This document shows positions 1-7,672 of a stretch of 24,725 nt of DNA, in pieces. The notes below the pieces were generated by a model. That model was given only the letters and a program-made list of their open reading frames with translations. It had not been told where the DNA came from and ran no database searches. The stretch is from positions 1 to 24,725 of the IMG/VR virus record IMGVR_UViG_3300021964_008821; one strand, written 5' to 3'. Position numbers and translations under genes: made by a program. Origin of the DNA: a virus. Its lineage: Duplodnaviria; Caudoviricetes. Positions within the stretch are counted from its first letter, which is position 1, and every line of letters starts with the position of its first letter.

Positions 1-495
1 GATCAGCTACAGAACCGCAAGAGATGGCCTTTCCGCTACTCGCACACTGATCAATACGGTAGCATAGCAGTCATAGACTGGGAGGGTCGACTGTTAGAGC
101 GCCAGTTCGTAGCACGCATGTACAGCATGGACGGATACTTGGATTACCGTAGCTTCATGGACATATACACCGCGGGCTATACCATACAGCTCATTGACGT
201 ATTGGATATACACCCTGATCTGCGCACCATAGACACTACCTTGCGTGCATACGGACAGCAGTTTACCGCTAACATATACATGTCACAGCAGGATCGTGGA
301 GCCGCTAGCTTTCCACCACATTCGCACCCTTATGACGTCATAGTAAAGCAGTTATATGGAGAGTGTACGTGGCTTTTAGGTGAAGATAGTGTTCTGCTCA
401 CGGGCAGTTCAGCCGTTGCTGTACCCGCTGGCACCCTGCATCAAGTAGTGAGCCATCGCTGTCCTAGAGCGTCATTAACCGTCAATTTTGGCTAG
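1..495 (+). CDS. JmjC/cupin_4 (YcfD/ROX-like) oxygenase-fold protein, 5'-truncated by the window
   Basis: The frame is open from base 1 (DQLQNRKRWPFRY...ARM) into the 118..495 ORF. ANIYMS...SFPPHSHPYDVIVKQLYGECTW and VPAGTLHQV match the YcfD-like pattern NxY..P...F.PHxDxxDVxxxQxxGxKxW...PxGxxH. Confidence 0.7.
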   Translation, partial: DQLQNRKRWPFRYSHTDQYGSIAVIDWEGRLLERQFVARMYSMDGYLDYRSFMDIYTAGYTIQLIDVLDIHPDLRTIDTTLRAYGQQFTANIYMSQQDRGAASFPPHSHPYDVIVKQLYGECTWLLGEDSVLLTGSSAVAVPAGTLHQVVSHRCPRASLTVNFG

Positions 496-746
496 TTTCT
501 GCTGTTTTCCGATATATACTATAAAGCATGCCAGCCAGTGAACGCTATGTCCGATATCGTGCTGACAGCACTATGTAACCCTAAGCACTGTACAGCATGC
601 TTTTTTAATTACTGTGAAAAAACCCGACCCAATCATGACTATAGTAGTGTTGTTGTTATTATTGTTGGTATTAGTGCATATATACTACTAATCCTTGCAC
701 AATCGACCTTAGTGCGACGTTCATCCTCATCAGCAAGGTAGAGCAC

Positions 747-874
747 CCAGCAGGAGCAACTCTGCTGGTATTATCTGATCTGTTAACCAGCCACGCTAGC
801 TGTCGCTACCAAATTTTTTGCGCTATCGCTCAGCTACTTCGTAGCTCTGTAAAAATCGCTTTACCGCTCTGCGG
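747..874. other. Cluster of short hairpins in an intergenic region
   Basis: Inverted repeats CCAGCAG(747-753)/CTGCTGG(762-768), AGCTAC-TTC-GTAGCT (832-846) and CCGC-TCT-GCGG (864-874), with recurring CGCT/GCTA words. Confidence 0.5.
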
Positions 875-876
875 CT

Positions 877-895
877 GATAAATACACGGGAGGAG
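877..895 (+). promoter_or_regulatory. T4-late-like promoter (GATAAATA) plus Shine-Dalgarno (AGGAG)
   Basis: GATAAATA at 877-884 (T4 late consensus is TATAAATA). AGGAG at 891-895 lies 5 nt before the ATG at 901. Confidence 0.55.
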
Positions 896-900
896 CAATT

Positions 901-1110
901 ATGCCAACATATCTATTACCCAAAGCCCGTAACACCCTATCAGGTGCTACACAAAAGACGCAGAATCTAGATGGTTATCACATACCGCACAGCCAGCGTG
1001 CATTAGCACAGGCACAGGCTGATCAGTTAGCGCAGACCTTGACTGAAAGGACTGGAGAGCCGTGGCAGGGGTTTTTGGTGGAATACACGCCTTCGACGAG
1101 GCAGGGTTAA
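901..1110 (+). CDS. Hypothetical phage protein (69 aa)
   Basis: Strong SD and a late-type motif upstream. The stop overlaps the convergent gene's stop (TTAA, 1107-1110). Confidence 0.75.
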   Translation: MPTYLLPKARNTLSGATQKTQNLDGYHIPHSQRALAQAQADQLAQTLTERTGEPWQGFLVEYTPSTRQG

Positions 1111-1829
1111 TCTAAACTGGGAGTCTGTTGCTCTAGGCTTAATTCTTGGTCTTCTAACGCTCTTATCTTTTCAACTATCTCTTCTATGACACCTAGATTC
1201 CTTAGGTTTTTGAACACTTGATTCTCCACTGACCATTCGCCTCCGCGAGCCAGTCCAGCTTTTCTCATGTTCGTTAAACGATCTTTTACTGTCCGTAAAT
1301 CATCTAGATCGCTGTTAGTTAGAGCTAGCTGTATGTCATGGATCATGCTGGCCTGTTTGGCCTGTATAGCAGAGTCATCTACCTCGGGTCGCTGTTTCAC
1401 GGGCTCGACCAACCACTGGCTGTCGTTGATGCTATAAACGCCCGTGCTGTGATGTTCTTCTTGGGTGCCTTGTACATAGACTTCTACAGGTATACCTTTG
1501 ATCTTGATATCGTGCTGTTCGTTCCACAGTGCTTTTTTAGCATTGAACAATTCACGCATAGCATCAGTGACTTCACCTTCGACCATTAGGTGCAGGTCTA
1601 GATCACTGTAAGGTGTCCAGGTGTAATTAGCGTTACTGCCTGTCAGCGTTAGATCGACTATGTCGAGATCTATGCCTATGAATGTTTCAAAACTATCTGC
1701 TATTTTCTTTAGTTTGGCAGTTATCTCGGGTTTTAATCCGTTATCTGACCATATTTTAGGATTGAGGTCACGATTGACCGTGACGCCGTCAAGTTCTTCG
1801 TGTAGGTTGTATAGTTCTCTTAGAAGCAT
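1107..1829 (-). CDS. Pol-beta superfamily nucleotidyltransferase
   Basis: hGS motif (LTGSNANY) followed by SDLDLH, and a third acidic residue in PVEVYVQ. Helical C-terminal region. Confidence 0.8.
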   Translation of the reverse strand: MLLRELYNLHEELDGVTVNRDLNPKIWSDNGLKPEITAKLKKIADSFETFIGIDLDIVDLTLTGSNANYTWTPYSDLDLHLMVEGEVTDAMRELFNAKKALWNEQHDIKIKGIPVEVYVQGTQEEHHSTGVYSINDSQWLVEPVKQRPEVDDSAIQAKQASMIHDIQLALTNSDLDDLRTVKDRLTNMRKAGLARGGEWSVENQVFKNLRNLGVIEEIVEKIRALEDQELSLEQQTPSLD

Positions 1830-1832
1830 ACA

Positions 1833-2072
1833 CTATTTAGCCCACCTTAAATGGTAATCTACAGCGGTAACATCATCGTAGAATTCGGCTACTAGATTAT
1901 ACCTACCATTGGATCTTTCTACCATTAGCTGTCCTCGCTCGTGAGGCAGAGATAATAACCACTCTAGATGATCTTGTCCTAGCTCACGCTGTATCCTAGG
2001 CCAATCTACGTCTATGTTTTCAGATTCGTAGGTTTCTTCCCAAAACGCCAAATGTATCTTTCTAGTCTTCAT
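1833..2072 (-). CDS. Hypothetical protein (79 aa)
   Basis: Exactly fills the gap between the helicase and the nucleotidyltransferase, and its start overlaps the helicase 3' end. Confidence 0.7.
   Translation of the reverse strand: MKTRKIHLAFWEETYESENIDVDWPRIQRELGQDHLEWLLSLPHERGQLMVERSNGRYNLVAEFYDDVTAVDYHLRWAK
1834..1841 (-). promoter_or_regulatory. Late-promoter-like TAAATA motif
   Basis: GCTAAATA on the minus strand, ending 4 nt upstream of the ATG at 1829. Confidence 0.4.
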
Positions 2073-3486
2073 CTCCGCCCATGTTGTTTAATATTTCTCT
2101 TAACTTGGTGCTTTCAACATGTGCCTTGACTCGTCCTACTGGTACGCCTTGTGTAGGTTCTTCTCTGTTTTCTTGATTTACGTTAGATTTTCGTTTGATG
2201 TCGTTTATGATACTAGATGTGCCTCTTGGTGCTGATCCTGAGTGTTCCTGCTCGTCTTCTGGTAGATCTGAAATGCGTAGTGTTTCCATGTTGTATTCTA
2301 GATCAACCTTCATACCAACACCACTGCTTGATCTGGTCTTCATTAACTGTATCTGATATCTACCACGCTCACGCATAGCTCTTGATGTAAAGATACCAAA
2401 TACGTTATCTGCTGTCTGTATCTTGCTCAAACCACCTGAGATATGGCTGTGATCAAATTCTACTTCTTCTACAGCACCCCTGTTTAACTGTGCCGCTGTC
2501 ACGAACACACAATCTAATTCCATCGCTAGGTTACGCAATTCTTCACTTACATACTTGTCTTTGATGAATAGATCCGCTGGAGATATCTTACGGCTGTTAG
2601 GCATTAATAAATCTAAGTAATCTACCAACAACACATCTACACGCTTGCCTACTTTAATCTCATACTCTTTTAGATATGCTCTAACATCATTAGATGTCTT
2701 ACCACTTGGCATATATTTTACCTGTAGGCTACCTGATTTCTTGCCTATCATCTTAACTTTCATCTCGACATCATCTAAGCTCTTAAACACTTCACGTGTT
2801 GGAATGCCTGTGATCATACTATCGATACGCATACTAACTAACGCTTCTGAAAGTTCTAATGTTAGATAAACAACATTGAGTCCCTGTAACGCCCAGTTAA
2901 CACCTAGATTTGCCAAGAATAAGGATTTGCCAGCACCTGATCCTCCCGCAAAAATATTCAACTCGCCTCGATTCATGCCACCAAACAAACGATTGTCAAG
3001 CGCTGGCCATCCCGTCGAAATCTGTCCGTTCTTGTCACGCAATCCCTGTAGCCTAGCTCTAGGATCACTAAAGTAATCTGTACCTAAGTCTTTGGCTAAT
3101 CCTATCTGTACTGCTTCTTTGATCATGGATTCTACCTGTCCATAATCATTCTTTTCTAATAGATCTGCTGAATTGATGATCGCACGTTCTAATGCTTTGT
3201 GTCTAGTAAACTGTTCAAATTCATCCATCAACCAATCTAAGTGTCCTTCTTTGATCTCTTCTGGCTTCTTTAGATCTGTACGGCAATGTGTATTAACCAT
3301 ATCAAAGTCAGGCATCACGCTGTATTGTTTGGTATATTCGTTGATAAACTCCGCCGCATCTTGTAGTTTGCGATCAAACAATGTGTGATCAAAGATACCT
3401 TGGCATCTAACAAATGTTTCAGCATTTGAAAGCATCAGTTCAAGATATAGTTTTTGTACTTCTGGTCCGTAATCGTTGTTTTGCAT
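2062..3486 (-). CDS. Replicative DnaB-like (T4 gp41-type, SF4) DNA helicase
   Basis: Walker A AGGSGAGKS, YLTLELSE, Walker B VDYLDL, TAAQLNR and QLMKTRSS. Adjacent to the primase. Confidence 0.95.
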   Translation of the reverse strand: MQNNDYGPEVQKLYLELMLSNAETFVRCQGIFDHTLFDRKLQDAAEFINEYTKQYSVMPDFDMVNTHCRTDLKKPEEIKEGHLDWLMDEFEQFTRHKALERAIINSADLLEKNDYGQVESMIKEAVQIGLAKDLGTDYFSDPRARLQGLRDKNGQISTGWPALDNRLFGGMNRGELNIFAGGSGAGKSLFLANLGVNWALQGLNVVYLTLELSEALVSMRIDSMITGIPTREVFKSLDDVEMKVKMIGKKSGSLQVKYMPSGKTSNDVRAYLKEYEIKVGKRVDVLLVDYLDLLMPNSRKISPADLFIKDKYVSEELRNLAMELDCVFVTAAQLNRGAVEEVEFDHSHISGGLSKIQTADNVFGIFTSRAMRERGRYQIQLMKTRSSSGVGMKVDLEYNMETLRISDLPEDEQEHSGSAPRGTSSIINDIKRKSNVNQENREEPTQGVPVGRVKAHVESTKLREILNNMGGDED

Positions 3487-3488
3487 AT

Positions 3489-4454
3489 CTAATTATTATA
3501 CTTGATTTTAATGTGTTTTGCAAGTGAACCTTTCCACTCTATTCTAGTGTTTTGGCTATATAAAGCGCATCCTATAGCGCTGGCGCTATCTCCAGGTACT
3601 GGTAAACTCCATATGCCTTTGAACTGATTCTCTAATTTTTTATTAAACTTGCTGTTCATAGCACATCCGCCCATATATACTAAATTATCACTGTATTCTT
3701 TAGCGATATCAAAAACTTTCTGTGCCTGTTTTTCGAATACTTCCTGTACTGCCGCGGCAACATCTGCACGATCAGAATATTGGAAATAACCTTTCCAGTC
3801 TCTAACACCTTTGTGTAAATTCTGTCTTAATTGCCAATCGCTAGTCCAAAAATCTTTAACTAATAATTTGTATCTAGTAGGATTTCCTTGATCACTTAAT
3901 TTTTGTAGTTCGTGTTCTTCACTGATAGGTTTTAGTCCTATTAGATCTGTAAATGCTGAATAAAATAATCCAAGACTAGTTGGATATTTACGGCTCCACA
4001 CTTTCTCAAAAGTCCTACCACGTGCATACCATATAGTGCTTGATTCCCATTCTCCTAGTGCATCTAACACTACGATAACAGCATTCTTAAATGGAGAAGT
4101 TAAGTAACCAGCGGCCGCGTGCGATAAGTGATGCGGAACATATTTAAATTTACGATATTTAATTTTTAATTTTTTCAAATATACTTTAGGAAGTTCGCTG
4201 TAACTAAAAGCCCAACGATATTGTCCTGCATATAATTGTCTGGTTTTCTTTAACCAAGCATTCTCATACCAGACGACTTCGTTAGGATGACAACCACCTG
4301 CTTTTGTAGCATCCTGTATGAGCTGACGACATAAGAACTGATCGCCAACTACATTGGTATATTCTGAAGAACGTTTCCAAAAAATCAGTTCGCCATCTTT
4401 AACAACAGCGATACTAGCATCGTGATTGAGTGCGTTTATTCCCCAAGTAATCAT
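3489..4454 (-). CDS. Carbamoyltransferase (NodU/CmcH family), N-terminal Kae1-like domain only
   Basis: Motifs GINALNHDASIA, HHLSHAAAGYLTSPF, VLDALGEWES, SLGLFYSAFT, AAAVQ, YMGGCAMN and PGDSASAIG. The ORF ends at 321 aa with no C-terminal YrdC-like domain. Confidence 0.9.
   Translation of the reverse strand: MITWGINALNHDASIAVVKDGELIFWKRSSEYTNVVGDQFLCRQLIQDATKAGGCHPNEVVWYENAWLKKTRQLYAGQYRWAFSYSELPKVYLKKLKIKYRKFKYVPHHLSHAAAGYLTSPFKNAVIVVLDALGEWESSTIWYARGRTFEKVWSRKYPTSLGLFYSAFTDLIGLKPISEEHELQKLSDQGNPTRYKLLVKDFWTSDWQLRQNLHKGVRDWKGYFQYSDRADVAAAVQEVFEKQAQKVFDIAKEYSDNLVYMGGCAMNSKFNKKLENQFKGIWSLPVPGDSASAIGCALYSQNTRIEWKGSLAKHIKIKYNN
3495..3523 (-). promoter_or_regulatory. sigma70-type promoter for the helicase
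   Basis: TTGCAA (3523-3518), 17-nt spacer, TATAAT (3500-3495). It ends 8 nt upstream of the ATG at 3486 and lies inside the carbamoyltransferase 3' end. Confidence 0.65.
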
Positions 4455-4564
4455 TTGTATATAAAAGGATCCTGTTTTTTAAGTTGTTTAATTCTTTTCT
4501 TAAATTGTCTATGCTGTTGGAATTTGCGATAGGGTTTAAGAAGCCATTCAATTATTTTCTTCAT
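4451..4564 (-). CDS. Small basic peptide (37 aa) ending DPFIYK; absent from the supplied ORF track
   Basis: Manual translation gives MKKIIEWLLKPYRKFQQHRQFKKRIKQLKKQDPFIYK*. The start overlaps the primase 3' end and the stop overlaps the carbamoyltransferase ATG (ATGA). Confidence 0.8.
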   Translation of the reverse strand: MKKIIEWLLKPYRKFQQHRQFKKRIKQLKKQDPFIYK

Positions 4565-5573
4565 ATTCTAACCTTTCTATTTTTTGTTCCATTTTATGTT
4601 TTGCAACATTAATTTTAATTTGTCCTTGTTGTGCAGTTTTAATGGCATCAACAATTACAAAAAGTTTACCGTATTGTTGTACAGCGTCACTGACATCTTT
4701 GATATGATCATCCCAGTTTGGAAATGCTACACTCCAACCTAACTCTGCGGCTTTAGATACTAAGTTTAATCCAGCACTATCTTGATCTGGAATAACGATA
4801 ACTTCGTGCCCTAAACTATTAATTATCCTAGCCTGTGTGTCATTAACATCGTTAGTGAGTAATGCTACTCCTCCAATGTTTAATGCATCAAACGGACCTT
4901 CTACAACAAAAATATATTTTTGTTCTTCTTTTTGATTATCTACATTAAAAACAAATCCGTTATGATGATCGCTGAGATATTTTGGTTTTCCTTTATCAAC
5001 ACGTCTTGATGTATAACCAACTATCTCGTTTTTATATGTAAATGGAATAGTTACACGTTTATCAAATCCTCCTAACGGTGACCAATAAAAATCACCACTC
5101 AAAGGATCTTGCCCTCGGCTTTCTAGATACATTATGACTTCTGCAATCTTTTCTTCGATATCACTAGGCAGATCAGTATCAATCCAATCTAGCAATCTAA
5201 GACTGCCTTCGGGAAGATCCTTTTTGGTGAATTCTACTTTTGGCTTGAAAGACTCTGGTTTGTATTCGGGGGATTCAGTCTTGAGTGCCTCGAACACAAG
5301 ATCCTTGATCATATCTTCATTTGCACCTAGCCATCGGCACAACGATTTAAATTTCTCAGACAACCCACGTCCTGGTTGCCAACTAGCAGTGAATTTACAG
5401 TTAAAACAGTTAAAGACAATACCGTCAGCAAATCTAATACCACCTCGTTTGCGAGAATCTGGACTATGTCCTCGATGCTGACAACAAGGGGCGTTAAATG
5501 ATGTCCAACCGCTAGGATTGGATTTTGCTCTCGCAGGGAGTAGTTTTCTAAAAGAATCGATTACCAGAGTCAT
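4548..5573 (-). CDS. DNA primase (T4 gp61/DnaG-like, Zn finger plus TOPRIM)
   Basis: N-terminal APCCQH...FNCFNC zinc-binding region. TOPRIM motifs VVEGPFDA, IPDQDSAG and KDVSD. Confidence 0.93.
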   Translation of the reverse strand: MTLVIDSFRKLLPARAKSNPSGWTSFNAPCCQHRGHSPDSRKRGGIRFADGIVFNCFNCKFTASWQPGRGLSEKFKSLCRWLGANEDMIKDLVFEALKTESPEYKPESFKPKVEFTKKDLPEGSLRLLDWIDTDLPSDIEEKIAEVIMYLESRGQDPLSGDFYWSPLGGFDKRVTIPFTYKNEIVGYTSRRVDKGKPKYLSDHHNGFVFNVDNQKEEQKYIFVVEGPFDALNIGGVALLTNDVNDTQARIINSLGHEVIVIPDQDSAGLNLVSKAAELGWSVAFPNWDDHIKDVSDAVQQYGKLFVIVDAIKTAQQGQIKINVAKHKMEQKIERLEYEENN

Positions 5574-5579
5574 ACATAT

Positions 5580-5608
5580 ATTGTACTATCTGTATAATAT
5601 CGTGTCAA
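5580..5608 (-). promoter_or_regulatory. sigma70-type promoter for the primase operon
   Basis: TTGACA (5608-5603), 17-nt spacer, TACAAT (5585-5580). It ends 6 nt upstream of the ATG at 5573. Confidence 0.75.
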
Positions 5609-6446
5609 GCGTTCCTGTGTTCGAATTGTTCGGAATATGTTTGATTCTAAAGAAATTCCATTTACCTACCACATTTTTATATAATGTAGTTTCTAGTGAA
5701 ACAGAAAATGTATTTGAACCCGGGGTTACATCTGAGGATTGTACATCAACCCATTCGTGAGGTACACCTCCTTCGTTTAAACTTGCCTGAATAGTAACTT
5801 GCCCAATGTAATTGTTAAAGTTAAATTGGAAAGTGTGCAGACTTTGCGGTACTTCGTTTTCGCCTTTAGTGTCTATAATACTAGAAATATAATAGTCTGG
5901 ATCTGATTCTCCTAATGTAGCAGGATTTACATATTCAAACTTATTAACAGTTAATGTTTGTGTGGTATCTCCTAAAACATCCCCGGACACTTCTATAGGA
6001 CTAACAACACCATATTGACTATCAATATATAGTGCTTTTCTATTTGATACTGTATATTCATCCGTGGTGCTATCTGTATTTACAGATGTTCTAGTTTCAG
6101 ACACTACACTGTATGCATAGAATCCTTTTTCAATATCTTCTAATTCAGCCTTGGTCAAATTAACATAAACTCGACCTTTTACAGCATCTACTGTTATGCA
6201 ATCTTTAGATAGAATTAAATTTTTATCCTCTCTAGAGATCAGGTTAAATACCAGTGTAGACCCAGTCACGTTTTGCGCTTTTTGATCTGAGTTACGTACC
6301 TGTATATCAATACGATTGTCAACACTACGATAAATTTTTAAGTTGCGATTATACACTCTACGATACCTCTCAGTTTGCCAGGAAGCCAACGCATTCGTGA
6401 ATACGTCTATTTTGTTTGATAATAAATAAACTGAACTTAATTGCAT
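5586..6446 (-). CDS. Probable virion structural protein (beta-rich; BppU-N/Ig-like N-terminal region)
   Basis: T/S/N/V-rich beta-strand pattern. RNSDQKAQNVTGSTLVF...VDAVKGRVYVNL...GFYAYSV resembles baseplate-upper N-terminal domains. A late-type motif lies upstream. Confidence 0.5.
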   Translation of the reverse strand: MQLSSVYLLSNKIDVFTNALASWQTERYRRVYNRNLKIYRSVDNRIDIQVRNSDQKAQNVTGSTLVFNLISREDKNLILSKDCITVDAVKGRVYVNLTKAELEDIEKGFYAYSVVSETRTSVNTDSTTDEYTVSNRKALYIDSQYGVVSPIEVSGDVLGDTTQTLTVNKFEYVNPATLGESDPDYYISSIIDTKGENEVPQSLHTFQFNFNNYIGQVTIQASLNEGGVPHEWVDVQSSDVTPGSNTFSVSLETTLYKNVVGKWNFFRIKHIPNNSNTGTLDTILYR

Positions 6447-6464
6447 ACATTGGACCTTTACTAA

Positions 6465-6472
6465 TATTTATC
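6465..6472 (-). promoter_or_regulatory. T4-late-like promoter (GATAAATA)
   Basis: Same octamer as at 877-884, 18 nt upstream of the ATG at 6446. Confidence 0.55.
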
Positions 6473-6473
6473 A

Positions 6474-6845
6474 ATGAAAATTACAGATAATCTAAAAGAA
6501 AACTTCCCATTTATTGCGTGTGTCAATCACGTAGATAAAGAGTACGTTGGTATAATTATTAATCAAGATGCTCAAATAACTAGTATGTACGACTATACTT
6601 CAATCCGTTCAGAGGAAGAAAAAAAGAGATTCTTAGAACTAGGAGAAGCTTGGTGGTGGGAATCCAATAGGCAAATTCCTATTAATATATTTCTTTCTAG
6701 GGAGATTATGTCTTATCGATACGCTATTCGTAATTTTAATACCAAGGATATTAAAGTATTGTTTGGTCCTGTAGTAAGTTTAAACGATATAATCACAAAA
6801 AGAATCAAACGTAAATCAATTACACTCGTTAGAAAAACCAAATAA
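6474..6845 (+). CDS. Hypothetical phage protein (123 aa)
   Basis: Only long ORF in the interval, with a distinctive WWWESNRQIPI segment. No function recognised. Confidence 0.8.
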   Translation: MKITDNLKENFPFIACVNHVDKEYVGIIINQDAQITSMYDYTSIRSEEEKKRFLELGEAWWWESNRQIPINIFLSREIMSYRYAIRNFNTKDIKVLFGPVVSLNDIITKRIKRKSITLVRKTK

Positions 6846-6859
6846 GATAATTACTCTAT

Positions 6860-7672
6860 ATGAGTAAAATACTTTTTATTGGTGACAGTCACACTTCGGG
6901 ATATAGTATTGACCAAGGTCCTATGCCCGATATCTTCATTCCAAAAGTTTGGCATCCTAATAACTACGCAGAAATATACTGTAAAAAACATAATATAGAT
7001 GGTGTAATATATGCGACTCCAGGAGTTGGAAACGATAGGTATCCCGACTGGATTAGATTTTGTCTTGATATGTATCCTGACATAGATAAACTGATATTAC
7101 AAACAACATATTGGAATCGCTGGATGCTGTCTAGCAATCTATATAGCACCTTTGAAGAAGAGATTCCATTAGATAACTTTACGGTTCATCAAGACCAATA
7201 CGACAATATTGATAGATTTATGGACAACATACAACAAGATTGTAATGGTCATTACTTATTTCATGCTAAAACATATCCAGGGCACATGGATCATTTGATA
7301 TTACCTGATGTAGAAAAACCAGAGCCATTCGAAACAGCAAACTATCTACAGATGAAAGTTTTTAATGAATTGGAAACGTTCATATCTAAACAAAATTATA
7401 CAAGAAATTTATGTCTAATAGATAGAATGTGTAAAGAAAAAAATGTTAAAGTTTATATGTGGAGACTCAATAAAGATGTGTTCATACCTACCGAGTTAGA
7501 TGTTTACGGGGATCTAGATATTGTTTTAGAAAGAACACCATGTATTGAGTTTTTAAAGGAAAAAGGTATTGATCATTTAAAACATCATGTAGGTGATGAT
7601 CAAGAACATTATGATTATTCATTCCACAAAGAAATAGCTGAACAGTTTATTCCTCACCTGATTGGACTGTAA
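6860..7672 (+). CDS. SGNH/GDSL-like hydrolase or acyltransferase-fold protein
   Basis: N-terminal ILFIGDSHTSG (GDS block I), PGVGN (block II-like) and C-terminal DDQEHY (DxxH). Confidence 0.6.
   Translation: MSKILFIGDSHTSGYSIDQGPMPDIFIPKVWHPNNYAEIYCKKHNIDGVIYATPGVGNDRYPDWIRFCLDMYPDIDKLILQTTYWNRWMLSSNLYSTFEEEIPLDNFTVHQDQYDNIDRFMDNIQQDCNGHYLFHAKTYPGHMDHLILPDVEKPEPFETANYLQMKVFNELETFISKQNYTRNLCLIDRMCKEKNVKVYMWRLNKDVFIPTELDVYGDLDIVLERTPCIEFLKEKGIDHLKHHVGDDQEHYDYSFHKEIAEQFIPHLIGL

Noticed and set aside
538-741. 67-aa GTG-start ORF, and an 18-aa hydrophobic ORF at 635-691
   Set aside because: No SD or recognisable motif. The hydrophobicity comes from a low-complexity (TTG/TTA/GTA)n tract that reads hydrophobic in more than one frame. 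Cannot be fully excluded.
3486-3491. Possible TAG read-through or recoding extending the carbamoyltransferase
   Set aside because: Read-through gives only a short non-homologous extension inside the helicase gene. Other genes are intact under the standard code and TAG, TGA and TAA all serve as stops.
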